64,000 bases of DNA, taken from NCBI RefSeq assembly GCF_018350175.1, contig NC_058368.1, positions 85,810,001-85,874,000 of the forward strand. Reading direction: 5' to 3'. This document shows positions 51,280 through 64,000 of the stretch, one piece after another (position 1 is the stretch's first letter; every line of letters starts with the position of its first letter). The DNA is from Felis catus (taxonomy: Eukaryota). A program made the translations under genes and the position numbers. The notes below the pieces were generated by a model. It saw only the letters and a list, made by a program, of their open reading frames with translations, made no database searches and was not told where the DNA came from.

Positions 51280-54200
51280 CTTTTTTTTTTTTTTACAAAT
51301 ATAATTTATTCTCAAATTGGCTTACATACAACACCAAGTGCTCATCCCAACAAGTGCCATCCTCAATGTCCATTACCCATTTACCCTCTCCCCACCTTCT
51401 CATCTGCCCTCAGTTTGTTCTGTGTATTTAAGAGTCTCTTGTGGTCTGCTTACCTCCCTCTCTGTAACTATTTTTCCCCATCCCATCCCCCATAGTCTTC
51501 TGTTAAAGTTCCCAAGATCCACATATGAGTGAAAACATGTGATATCTGTCCTTCTCTGACTGACTTATTTCACTCAGTATAATACCTTCCAGTTCCATGC
51601 ATATTGCTGAAAATGGCATGATTTCATTCTTTATCATTGCGAAGTAGTATTCCATTGTATACATAAACCACATTCTGTTTATCCATTCATCTGGTGGATA
51701 TTTATGCTCTTTCCATAATTTGGCCACAAACATTAGGGTATGCGTGGCCCTATGCATCAGCACTCCTGTATCCCTTGGGTAAATTCCTAGTAGTGGCATT
51801 TCTGGGTCATAGGATAGATCTATTTTTAATTTTTTGAGGAACCTCCACACTGTTTTTCAGAGCAGCTGCACAAGTTTACATTCTCTCTTACAATTCAAGA
51901 GGATACCCATTTCTCCACACCCTCACAAACATCTGTAGCTTCCTGATTTGTTCATTTTAGCCACTCTGACCCATGTGAGGTGCTATCTCAGTGTGGCTTT
52001 AATTTGTATTTCCCTGATGATGAGTGATGTTGAGCAGCTTTTCATGTGTGTGCTGGCCATCTGGATGTCTTCTTTGGAAAAGTATCTATTCATGTCTTCT
52101 GCCCATTTACTCACTGGATTATTGTTTTTTGGGTGTGGAGTTTGATAAGTTCCTTATAGATTTTGTATATTAGCCCTTTATCCGATATACCTTTGCAAAT
52201 ATCTTTTCCTATTTTGTAGTTTCCCTTTTACTTTTTGAATTGATCCTTTTGCAGTGCAGAATCTTTTTTTATCTTCATGAGGTCCCAATAGTTCATTTTT
52301 ACATTTAATCCCCTCATCTTTGGAGATGTGTCGAGTAAGAAATTGCTGTTGCTGCGGTCAAAGAGGTTGTTGCCTGTTTTCTTTTCTTGGCTATTTATGG
52401 TTTCTTGTCTCACATTTAGGTCTTTCATCCAATTTGAGTTTGTTTGTGTATGGTGTAAGAAAGTGGTCCAGTTTCATCCTTCTGTGTGTTGCTGTCCAGT
52501 TCTCACAGCACCATTTGCTAAAAAGACTCTATTTCTTCCCATTGGATGCCCTTTCCTGCTTTGGCAAGATTAGTTAGTCATACATTTTTGGGTCCAATTC
52601 TGGGATCTGTATTCTATTCCATTAGTCTATGTGTTTTTGTGCAATATCATACTACCTTGATGATTGCAACTTTGTAGTCAAGGTTAAAGTCTGGGATTGT
52701 GATGCCTCCTTCTTTGGTTTTCTTCTTCAATATTACTTTGGCTATCTGGGTCTTTTGTGGTTCCATACAAATTTTGGGAGTGTTCATTCTAGCTTCGAGA
52801 AGAATGCTGGTGCAATTTTGATTGGGATTGTATTGAATGTGTAGATTGCTTAGGTAGTAATGACATTTTAATAATATTTATTCTTCTAACCCATGAGCAT
52901 GAAATTTTCATCAATTTCTTTTGGTACTCTTCGATTATATTCACAAGATTTAAAAAGTTTTCAGCATACAGGACTTTTACATTTTTGTTTAGGTTTCTTC
53001 CTAGGTATTTTATGGTTCTTGATTCAATTGTAAATAAGATCAGTTTCTTTAATTCTCTTTCTATTGCTTCGTTATTGATGTATAAAAATGCAACTGTTTT
53101 CTGTACATTGATTTTGTATCCTGAGACTTTGCTGAATTCCTTTATCAGTTCCTGGTGTAGAGTATAATGTGGTCTGCAAAAAGTGAAAGTTTTACATCAT
53201 CTTTGCCAATTTTTAGGCCTTTATTTTCTTTTGTTTTCTGATTGTTGATGATCAGACTTCTCACACTGTGTTAAGCAACAGTGATTACAGTGGACATCCC
53301 TGACGTGTTCCTGATCTCAGGGTAAGCTCTCAGTTTTTTCCCAATAAGGATAACATTATCTGTGGGATTTTCATATTTTTTTATGTTTAAGTATGTTTCT
53401 TCTATTCTGATTTTTTGAGGGTTTTTATTAAGAAGGGATGTTGTATTTTGCCAAAAATTTTTTCTGCATCTATTAACAGGATTATATGGTTCTTATCCTT
53501 TCTTTTATTAATGTGGTCTATCACATTGATTGATTTTTGAATATTAAACCAGCCCTGCAGCCCAGGAATGCAACCCATTTTATCATGGTGAATAATTCTT
53601 TTTTTATACGGTTGACTTTGATTTGCTAGTATCTTGTTGAGAATTTTTGCATGTATGTTCATTAGAGATATTGGTCTGTATTTCTCTTTTTATGTGTGGG
53701 GTCTGTCTGGTTAAGGAATCAAGATAATGCTGGCTTCATAGAATGAGTCCAGAAGTTTTCTTTCTATTTCTGTTTTTTGAAACAACTTGAGTAGGATAGG
53801 AATAATTTGCTTTAAAGTTCTGGTAGAATTCCCCAGGGAAAGCCATCTGGCCCAGGATTCTTCTTTGTTGGGAAATTTTTTGACAACTCATTCAATTTCT
53901 TCACTAGGTATGGGTCTGTTCAAATTTTCTTTTTCTTCCCGTTTAAGTTTTGATAGTGTGTGGGTGTCTCAGAATTTGTCCATTTCTTTCAGGTTGTCCT
54001 GTTTGTTGGCATATGATTTTTCGTAGTATTCTCTGATAAATGCTTGTATTTATGAGAAATTGGTTGTGATAAATTCATAATTTTATCTATTTAGGTCCTC
54101 TCTCTCCTTTTTGAGAAGGCTGGCTAGGGGTTTATCAATTTTCTTTATTATTTAAAAAAAAACACAACTCTTTAGTTTCATTGATCTGTTCTACTGTTTT

Positions 54201-57200
54201 TGTTTGCTTTTTTTGTTTTGTTTTGTTTTGTCTGGGGTTGGGGGAATTCTATATTGTTTATTTCTGCTCTGATCTTTATTATTTCTCTTCTTCTGCTGGC
54301 TTTGGGGCTCTTTGTTGTTCTGCTTCTAGTTCTTTTATGTGTGCTGTTAGATTTTCCTTTTGGGATTTTTTCTTATTTCTTGAGATAGGCCTGGATTGAA
54401 ATACATTTTTCTGTTAGGAATGCCTTTGCTGCATCCCAGAGGGTTTGGCTTGTTGTGTTTTCATTTTCATTTGTTTCCATATATTTTTTAAATTTCTTCT
54501 TTAATTTCCAAATTTTGACTTCTTTAATTCCAAACTTTTTCCTGTGGTTGATTTCAAGTTTGATAGCATTGTGATCTGAAGTGTCCACAGTATGATATCA
54601 ATTCTTTTGTATTTATGAGGGCTGTTTTGTGACCCAGTATGTGATGTATCTTGGAGAATGTTCCGTGTGCACTGGAGAAGAATGTATATTCTGATGTTTT
54701 AGAAAGAAAATACTAAATATATCTGTAAAGTCCATCTGGCCCAGTGTATCATTCAGGGATATTGTTTCTTTACAGATTTTCTGTCTAAATAATCTGTCCA
54801 TTGTTGTAAGTGGAGTATTACAGTCCCCTGCAACTACCACATTCTTACCAATAAGATTGTTTATGTTTGTGATTGTTTTATATATTTGGGTGTTCCTGAA
54901 TTTTGTGCATAGACATTTATACTTTTAGCCCCTCTTCATGGCTAGGCCCTGTGATGATTATATAATGCCCTTCTTCATCTCTTTTTACACTCTTCAGTTT
55001 AAAATGTATTTTGTATGATATAAATATGGCTACTCCAGCTTTCTTTAGACTTCCAGTAGCTTGATAGATGGTCTCTATCCCATCACTTTCAATCTCATGG
55101 TGTCCTCAGGTCTTAAAACGGGTCTCTTGTAGACAGCAAATAGATGAGTCTGTTTTTTTTTAAATCCATTCTCATACCCTGTGTCTTTTGATTCAAGCAT
55201 TTAATTTATTTACATTCAGTGTTATTATAGAAAAATATGGGTTTAGATTCATTGTATTATTTGTAGGTTTCATGCTTATAGTGATATCTCTGGTCCTTTG
55301 TAGTCTTTGCAACACTCAGAGAATCCCCCTTATTATCTTTTGTAGGGCTGGTTTAGTGGTGATGGATTCCTTCAGTTTTTGTTTGGGAAATCCTTTATAT
55401 CTCCTTCTATTCCGAATGACATGCTTGCTGGATAAAGGATTCTTGGTTACATATTTTTCCTATTCATCACATTGAAAATTTCCTGCCACTCTTTTCTGGA
55501 TTGCCAAATTTCAGTAGATAGGTCTTCTACTATCCTTATGTGTCTACTCTTGTAGGTTAAGGCCTGTTTATCCCTAACTGCTTTCAGAATATTCTGTCTT
55601 TGTATTTTTCCTGTTTCACTATGATACATCATGCAGAAGATCGATTCAGGTTACTTCTGAAGGTAATTCTCTGTGCCTCCTGGATTTCAATGTCTGTGTC
55701 TTTACCCAGATTTGGGAAGTTCTCAGCTATGATTTCTTCAGGCAAACCTTTGGCCCCTTTCTTTCTCTTCTTCTGGAATTCCTATGATATGGATATTGTT
55801 CTGTTTCTTTCTTTCAACTTCAACTTTTTTTCCATAATTTTATCTTATTTTTCACCTATTCTTCCCTCTGTCTCTTCAATTTTCACTGTGACCCCCTCTA
55901 GTTTATTTTTACCTCATTACAGCATTTTAAAATTTGTCATGACTATGTTTTTTAGTTCCTTGATCTTTGCAGCAATAGATTCTTTGCTGTCTTCTATGCT
56001 TTTTTCAAGCCTAGCGATTAATCTTATGACTATTATTCTAACTTATTGATCAGTTATATTGTGTATATATTTAGCTTTCATTTCTTCCTGGAATTTCTTT
56101 TGAGGATAATTCTTCCGTTTCATCATTTTGGCTAGTTTTCTGTCTCTTTTGTGTTTGAAAACTTTGTTATATGTCCTGCATCTGTGAGCACTACTATATT
56201 AAAGTGTGGTCATATACTGTTCAGGTCATGGCCCTTCAGGAGATGTTTTTTGAAGTGTGTTACTTGCTCTCTGTTGTGACTCTGGTTGCATTATCTCCCT
56301 AGTTGTTTTGATGTTTTGTATCTTCCACCAGGTGTGCTTTGATTTGTTCCTTGAAGTAGACCTGTAAAGGAAAACAAACAAACAAACAAACAAAAAAAAA
56401 AAACAGAAAAAAATAAGCAAAGACACAAACACTCAAAAACAAACAAACATGGGGCGCCTGGGTGGCGCAGTCGGTTAAGCGTCCGACTTCAGCCAGGTCA
56501 TGATCTCGCGGTCCGTGAGTTCGAGCCCCGCGTCAGGCTCTGGGCTGATGGCTCAGAGCCTGGAGCCTGTTTCCGATTCTGTGTCTCCCTCTCTCTCTGC
56601 CCCTCCCCCGTTCATGCTCTGTCTCTCTCTGTCCCAAAAATAAATAAACGTTGAAAAAAAAATTTAAAAAAACAAACAAACAAACAAACAAGAAACACAA
56701 GCTACAAGTAAACAACAGAGTGGAGGTGGTGCTGATGGAAGAGGCTTTATCCCATACAAAGAGAGAAGTAACAGGGCAGGGAAAAAGAAAAAAAAAGTGA
56801 CCAGACAGAGAAACCATATAGCTTAATACAGAGAGAGAGAGAGAGAAAGGAAAATAAAGATGGAAGCAAGGAAAAAGAAAAGAAAATTGTCCAGACAGGG
56901 AAACTATATGGCTTAATCCAGAGAGAAGAAAGGAGAATAAAGAAGGAGGTGTGGAACATGTATCAAGAGAATGTATTAAATATTTCTGCTTAAACAAACC
57001 AGCAACCTGAGTAAGCAACTAGAGGAAGGAAGAGATAAGTAGGAGAAAAGGAAGGAAGAATATATCTATATAATAAGAATTGTCCAAGAATTAAACCAGA
57101 CAATGCAACAGCACTGGTCTGGAAGAGGGGCTGTGTGGTTCCTCAATGTCAATCCCTCTCCAGTAGATATGCAGTTACCAGATGCTGAGGGGGTTGATTT

Positions 57201-57962
57201 GGTGTAGGTGGGTCCTGCCACCACTGTGAGCTCTGAGGTCCCACCTCGGTGGTGGGGGGAGACAAATGCATCACCCCAGTCTCTCCTCCATGGACGAGGT
57301 GTCCCAAACCACTCCTATCAAGCCATCCTCCCTGTGCCTGGGTGCAAACAAGGTGGTTTTTCTTGCTACACTTACTCCCGTCCTCTGGTGTAAGCCTAGA
57401 ATTCAAATTCTCACTCCATGTACCCAAGGTATTGGGGGAGTGCCACCTCATGCTTCCTGATATATGGTCCCTGGATAGCAGAAACAGGCAGACTTTGTCC
57501 TATCCCACAGCACACCAGGGAAGGGATCACTTTCTCTTTCTGTAGACTTTACTCCTGACTTAGCCACAAAGCCCAGGGCTGGCTCCTCCCCTCCCCAGGT
57601 GAGCGATCCGGGATGCCCACCCCAGTCTGGAGAAAGCTCTGTAGTTAGAGATTGGATCTTTGTCTATCCCAGTCTGTGATCTTTCTCTTGTGCATATACA
57701 GTCTTATGCTTCTCCAGCCTTTCTTTCTCTTCCCTTTGTCTCTCCACAGAAGGAGATCACTCCTGACATTCGTTTTATCTCTCCCAGTTCTCAACCACCC
57801 CCCTATGGCCCATCAGGTTGTCTCAGTGAGTCCCTGAAAGGGACTGTCTCTTTGACTCCTGGTCCCTCAGAGTTCAAAGTACTTTAACTTCTATACAGCT
57901 TTGTTTGAGAGATGCGGGAACATCGGGTCCCCCTATATCCCCACCATATTGACCAACCCCTC
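51280..57962 (-). mobile_element. Full-length L1 (~6.7 kb) nested in the preceding L1
   Basis: T-tail at 51281, ORF2 fragments 51503-51850, 53402-53662 and 54613-54840, ORF1 55447-55632, and 5' motif ccaccatattgaccaacccctc. TSD ttatgttt at 51272-51279 and 57963-57970. Confidence 0.92.
56451..56670 (+). mobile_element. Young feline SINE in an L1 5'UTR
   Basis: Near consensus and CpG-rich; flanked by aaaaacaaacaaaca. Confidence 0.96.
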
Positions 57963-58233
57963 TTATGTTTGTTATTAATTATTTCGTATATTCAGGTGCT
58001 TCCATGTTGGTGGCATAAATATTTACAAGTTTGAGATCTACTTGTTGGATAGGCCATTTTATTTTGATATAGTATCCTTTTTCATCTCTTGTTACTGTCT
58101 TTGGTTTAAAGTCTACTGTTTGAGATAAGTATTGCTATTCTGGCTTTCTTTTTACATCGATTTGCATGATAAATGTTTCTCTCTATTCTTTGCCATTCAA
58201 TCTGCAGACGTTGTGAGGTCTAGAATGAGTCTC

Positions 58234-58451
58234 TTTTAAAATTTTTTTTCAACGTTTATTTATTTTTGGGACAGAGAGAGACAGAGCATGAACGGGGGAG
58301 GGGCAGAGAGAGAGGGAGACACAGAATCGGAAACAGGCTCCAGGCTCTGAGCCATCAGCCCAGAGCCTGACGCGGGGCTCGAACTCAGGGACCGTGAGAT
58401 CGTGACCTGGCTGAAGTCGGACGCTTAACCGACTGCACCACCCAGGCACCC
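58234..58451 (-). mobile_element. Young feline SINE
   Basis: TSD ctagaatgagtct at 58220-58232 and 58452-58464. Confidence 0.96.
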
Positions 58452-61400
58452 CTAGAATGAGTCTTTTATAGGCAGCATATAGAAGGGTCTTGTTTTTGTT
58501 TTATTTTGTTTTTGTTTTTGTTCTTTTCTGATACTATACATCTTCTGATAGAAGCATTTAGTTTACTTCCACTCAGAGTAAGTATATATACATGTATTTA
58601 GTGTTATTATATTACTTGTCTTGTTGTCATGCTGGTATGTTTTCTCCTTTCTTTTTTATCTTTGTCATTTTTGTCTTTCCTTCCCACTCAAACAGTCCCC
58701 TTCATATTGCATGCAGGACTGGTTTAGTGGACATAAGATCCTTTAGGTTTTTGTTTCTCTTGAAAAGTTTTTATCCCATATGTTATATGTGATAGCCTAG
58801 TTGGACACAGCATTCTAGCTGAAGATTTTTCCCTTTCAGGACATTGACTATATCAAACCATTCTGTCTGACCAAGTTTCTGTGTAGAGATCTGCAGTGAA
58901 CCTTGTAGCTCTTCCCTTGTAATGTTGGGAATTATTTTCTTTCTTGCTTTTGGATCTTTGCTCATTATCAGAATATTTTGCCCACTGAACTACAATATTT
59001 TTGGTTTTGGCCAGCTTTTGTTGATTTCTACACTGGGATTCTATACTTCCTATATTTAGATGGCTGTTTCTCTCACCAAATTTTGGAAGCTTTTGTCTAT
59101 TATTTACTCAAACAAACCTTATATCCCCTTTTAGTCTCTTATTCTGTGACTCCTCTGATAAAAATTTTGTGTTTCATGGATTCATTGAGTATCCTAAGTC
59201 TATTCTCGTGACTCATAATTCTTTTTCTCTCTCTTGTTGAAGTTCATAGTTTCCCTTATTCTACATTGTTAATCACTTATTTGTTAATCTGCTTCTTCTA
59301 TTCTTGTGTCCATTGCATTCAGAATGTTTCAAATCTCAATTATTGCATTTTTCACTTCTGACTAATTTTTTGTTTCTTTGTTTACCTCTTTTATCTCTTT
59401 AAAGATATAAAGGGTCTCTTTTATCTCTTTAATGAGATAAAGATTTTATGGGCCTCCTTAAAATCTTCCAATTTTTTTCAAGCCCACCTAGAATCTTATG
59501 ATGGCTGCTTTAAATTATCCTTCAGGAATAGTACGTTTATAGGTTTTACTTAGATCTCTGATTTGATATTATATTTTTGTGTCATACCAGATGATTTCTC
59601 AGTCCTGGAATTTTCTCTAAATCTCTGACTTTCAGTGGTTCTAGGAATGCCTGTTACATTTCCTGCTACTGAGAGTAGTTGCTTTATGAGGAGTCATATA
59701 GTGTCCAGGACCTGATGCTTTAGGGAGTCTCTCTGGAGTGACCTACATATACTCTGCTCCTGTGTTTTGGCTGCACTATCATTTATGCCATTCAGCTTGA
59801 GAGGTAGACTTTTCCTGACTTGGAAGTATCTGGACCTTTGCCAGAGTGTGTCTAATTTTATCTAGGTATGCTCTGGTCTGCTTGTTAAATAAGAACTGAT
59901 GTGACTTCAACTACAACTGAAGCTTTGCATAATACTGATTGTGAGACATGGTTGGGCAGCATTTCTGCTTGTCCTCTGAAGAAGAAGCTTGTCTAGCTGG
60001 GACTGAGGCACACTTGACAGATGAGGGGAATAGTGGCTGAACACAGGGGGGAGGACTTGGTGTAAGCAGGGTAAGCAGCCAGTCTCAGCACTGTGGATTT
60101 ACTAAATGTTGTTCTGTGTTTATGCTGAAAGGTGGGGGGTTGAAACATCAACAACCAAATCCTTTATCTCCAGTGAGGGGTTATTGCATTGTTGCTCTCA
60201 GAGAAGCACTGTCAGAAGAGCAAAGAAGCTTCCCCTGTGTGTCTCCAGTGTTGGTGTGTTTCAGATCCTCATCTTCATGCTGTTTGCCTCTAAGTTGTTT
60301 GCCTTACTTTTAGCCAGGAGCATTGCAGTGCTCTCTGGCCTCTTTCTCAACCAGGCCACTGACCTTTAAATCTCCAGACGTTAAGCCTGTTGAAAAAAAA
60401 AATAAAAACACCTCAAGGATATCAGTCCCTCTGTTTGTCCCAGCCAATGGCTTTGAGGAAGTCTCCTCCTTGTGCATTCCCCTGTGTTTTCCTTGCTCTC
60501 ATGTATTTCTCTGCAGCCAGGACTCTCTCCCCTCCCCAGCACCTAGGGTCCATGTGTCTCCAAACCATATCTCTGCATTTGCTACTTTCCTTGATGTGTC
60601 CTCTTTTCTCCGTCAAGGGTGGGCTTTTTCTTTCAGTCCTCAGTTTGATTTCTTGGGTATTCAGAATGATTTGACAGTTCTCTAGTGTGTTTGAGGAAGG
60701 AGAAAAGCCTGGGAACCTCCTATTATGCAGCCTTCTTAGCTCTGAAGCAGGCAAACTTGATAAGGAAGGAAAAGCTGAAGGTATCACTCTCCTGGTTTTA
60801 AAGTATAATATAAAGCTACCATAATGAAAACAGTACTTTTACTGGCACTAAAGTAGACAAATAGATAGATCAATACAACAAAATAGAAAGCCCAAAAACA
60901 ATTCCACACTTATACGATCAATTATTCAATGACAAAGAAGGCAAGAATATACTATGGGGAAAATACCCTTTCAATACCTGATGTTGAGAAGACTATGCAC
61001 AGATACTTACAAAATAATGAAATTTGACCATTTTCATACCATAGACTAAAGTAAACTGATAAATGGTGAAACATGTAAATGTAAGATCTAAATCATAATC
61101 CTCTTAGAAGAAAACATAAGCAGTAAATTCCTTGACAACAGTCTGAACAATAATTATTTAAACTGATTCTTCAGGAAAGGAGAGAAAAAAAAAACCTGTT
61201 AAGACTGTCCCAAAATAAATGTTTTTTTTTCCCAAGCAAAGGAAACAATTAACAGAACGAAAACCTAGTGAATGGGAATAGATATTCCAATCGTATATCT
61301 GATAAGAGACTAATATCCAAAATATATAATAAAATCATGTGATTCAATAACAAAAACTCAAAGAGCCCAGTTAAGAAATGTGCAAAATATATGACTAGAA

Positions 61401-62431
61401 TTTTACAAAAAAAGACATACATATGGCCCACAGTCACAGGAAAATATGCTAAACATCACTAACCATTGAGTAAGTATGTATCAAAATCACATACTGATAT
61501 AATCTAACATCTGTCTCAATGGCAAGTATCAAAAAGGAAACAATACATGGCAAAGACATGGAAAGGGAATACTGTGAACTGTCAGTGGCAATATAAATTA
61601 TTGCACCAATTATTGAAAACAGTTTGGGTTTCCTTAAAAAAATAAAAATAGAATTACTGTATTGTCTGGTACCTCCAGTACTAGGCATTTATCTGAAGAA
61701 AATGAAAACACTAACTCAAAAAGGCATTCACTCTCTTATGTTTATCACAACATTGCTTACATAACAAAGATATGGAAGTAACATATTATCCAATGAGACT
61801 TGAATGGATAAAGATAACATCGTAATTTTGTGTACATATATAATGGAAATTTACTTAACCATAAAAAAGAATAAGACCTTGCCATTTAAGACAGCATGGG
61901 TATGTTTAGATGGTACTATGCTAAATGAAGTAAATCAGAAGAAGAAAATCAAATAACCTATGGTTTCACTTACATGTGAAATATAAATATCAAAACAAAC
62001 TATTAAACAAAACAAAGCAGAAACCATTATTAAATACGGAAAGCAAACTGATAGTTGTTATAGGGGATGTGGTGGGGATGAAACAGGTAAAGGCAATTAA
62101 AAGTTTTCATTCTCTAGGTACAAAAGAAATAAAGCATGGTTATGTAATATACTCCATATGGAATGTACTCAATTGTACTGTATAAATTTTGGATGGCAAT
62201 ATATAATAGACTCATTTTGCCTATGATTTAATAAAATATGTAAGCATAGAAACACTGTGTTTTATACCAGAAACTAATAAAGTACATCATATCAATTATT
62301 CTTCCATTAAAAAATAAAAATTTTCCTGGGTGAATAAAGGTTTAAGATATTCACATTTTGTACTCTCCTAAGCATAGGTATGAGATACAGAAATATATAC
62401 TTTACTCTCATTCTCTTTGAGTGACTTCATA

Positions 62432-63186
62432 TGTTGTAGACTCTAAGTCTAAACACTTCTCTCTTGGCCACAAGAGAGTGGTACACAGGATGAAAAGCGA
62501 GGGATGGCTAATGTCGGGAAAAGATGGGACCCCCAAATAAGGGTCCTCGCTCCATTTTCATTAGGATCAGAAGGCTTACAAACATGGTGATGGACGTGCA
62601 CAAAGAGACAATGAAACTGTGAACATTAACTTAGGGACATGCGGGAAAGGGAGTCTTGAAGATATTCTGGGCTAAGGGTTTGCATTAATACAAAACTAAA
62701 TCTTGGTGCCGGTCAGGAAGAAGGTTATTTACAGAGGACAGGAGGACCACCCCTGTTTATCCTAGCTAGCCTAGGGGATGAGACAGGTAGGACACATGAT
62801 CTCAGGGTTAATAAGTGCACCTTTTCTTTTCTTAAGCATCTCCACTCGAGAAAGCTTCATCTGCAGTGCAGTGCAGCTGTGTATAGCACAATTTCCCTGT
62901 TTACTTAAGTTGGTCCTTCCCTCCTGTGGAAGCAGCTTTCTGCTATCATACTACATTGGGGGGAGTTTTTGCCCTGAATGCTTAACCTTGCTTACCTTAT
63001 ATACCTTTGTATTGTGGGTTTTTGTCCCTCACTCTATTCTGGGTGTTTTTGCATCTGCCTCTCTATCCTCGCATCCTAATCTTGTTTACCCAAACTCAGG
63101 TGTGAGCACCCTATGGCTTTGTATTTCTTTTTGCCTTGTTAACCCATTGGTATAAGCCCAAAGAGTTTCTAAGCTTATTCCCCACA
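62432..63186 (-). mobile_element. Probable solo ERV LTR (~750 bp)
   Basis: The - strand starts TGTGGGGAATAAG at 63186. A decayed TATA-like ttgtaagcc is followed by aatgaaa (poly(A)-signal-like) near 62555-62582. No primer-binding site or internal sequence next to it. Left boundary and TSD are uncertain. Confidence 0.65.
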
Positions 63187-64000
63187 GTTCCTGTTTTTGT
63201 TTCTTTGTTTGTTTTTCTTGGTTCTTCTAGTTTTGTATTTGAGAACCATCATAATAAGCTCCTGGTTCTTCCTTTGCTTTTGGGTGGCCTGAAGAGTAAT
63301 TCTGCAAAGACATAAAAGGAGGCATAGTAAAAACATTCTACTTCTTAGAGTTATTCAGAATTTGAGATGGGTGCTAGCCATAAGTGAGAAATGATTTAGG
63401 TCACATCACATTTCCCAGGAATCAGCCCATTCATTTTTAAGCTGATCCTCTGCATATTGTAGCTGTTGGCTCAATGTCATATCTAAATTTCTATATTGTC
63501 GAGAGGTGGGAAGAAAAGACACTGTGAAGGTGTGTCTGGACAGCATCCCAAGACTGGGAATGATTATAAGGAATTCCAGTCATGCAAATATGCTGGTAGT
63601 TAGGGTCACAGGGCAGTTTAGAGTGGAGAAACAAAGCCTCCTGTTCCTTTCTAATAAATTACACTGTAGCCTCAAGAGCCTTGAGGGAGGCCAAGACTTG
63701 TTTATCAGTGGAGATCTGGCTTAATAAATTCTGTGGTAGTGTTGACCATAAATTTATTAAGGACATTGGCTGTCTGGATAGTATGATGTAAGCTGACTCA
63801 AGATGCAGAGGCAGAGGCGATAATGCCTACTGCTGCTGCTAGGATGCCCATGATTAACAGGCCATTTTTTTTTCCATACAGCAGAGTGCCAGTGTTGAAT
63901 AAGCTTGGAACAAGCACCTAGTCTTGATGGATGCATATAGATATCAGAGCTATTAATAGGAACCCAGGCTGAGATGCGCTAAGTACTAATAAGGAGGAGA

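Larger units (their letters stand above)
47971..60748 (-). mobile_element. Full-length, decayed L1 (47971-51279 and 57963-60748), itself interrupted
   Basis: T-tail at 47971 and ORF2 antisense to 51279. It resumes at 57963 with EN, ORF1 (58783-58965) and 5'UTR ending at ~60745. Confidence 0.85.
47200..62320 (+). mobile_element. Old L1 ORF2/3' fragment (47200-47970 and 60750-62320) split by ~12.8 kb of nested insertions
   Basis: The left piece ends gaatagctaaagcaa. The right piece resumes gcaaacttgataaggaaggaaaagctgaaggtatcac, the expected next L1 sequence (compare 42993-43044). Confidence 0.8.

Noticed and set aside
14834..60748. Retrotransposition-competent L1
   Set aside because: Every copy has ORF1 and ORF2 broken into short fragments by stops, frameshifts and insertions.

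Overview
Mammalian genomic DNA, almost certainly from a felid: it carries many near-consensus feline-type tRNA-derived Can-SINEs and carnivore L1s. The only host gene I can support is part of a + strand butyrophilin/butyrophilin-like gene. It has three intact phase-1 exons: IgV 6716-7063 (348 nt), IgC 12477-12758 (282 nt) and transmembrane 22559-22672 (114 nt). A probable 21-nt cytoplasmic micro-exon at 35517-35537 has AT in place of the AG acceptor. I found no signal-peptide exon and no B30.2 exon in the window. Most of the rest is retroelement: several near-full-length, decayed L1s nested inside each other with recoverable target-site duplications (TSDs), more than a dozen SINEs, a MaLR LTR and a solo ERV LTR. 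There is also an LTR-less betaretrovirus-like gag-dUTPase-protease relic joined directly to a 5'-truncated L1. Almost all ORFs in the supplied track are repeat-derived or noise. I found no convincing new biological system. The best leads are the ERV-L1 fusion, the possible erosion of the gene's cytoplasmic tail, and an unexplained ~2 kb segment in the IgV-IgC intron. All family names are from recall, not from database searches.
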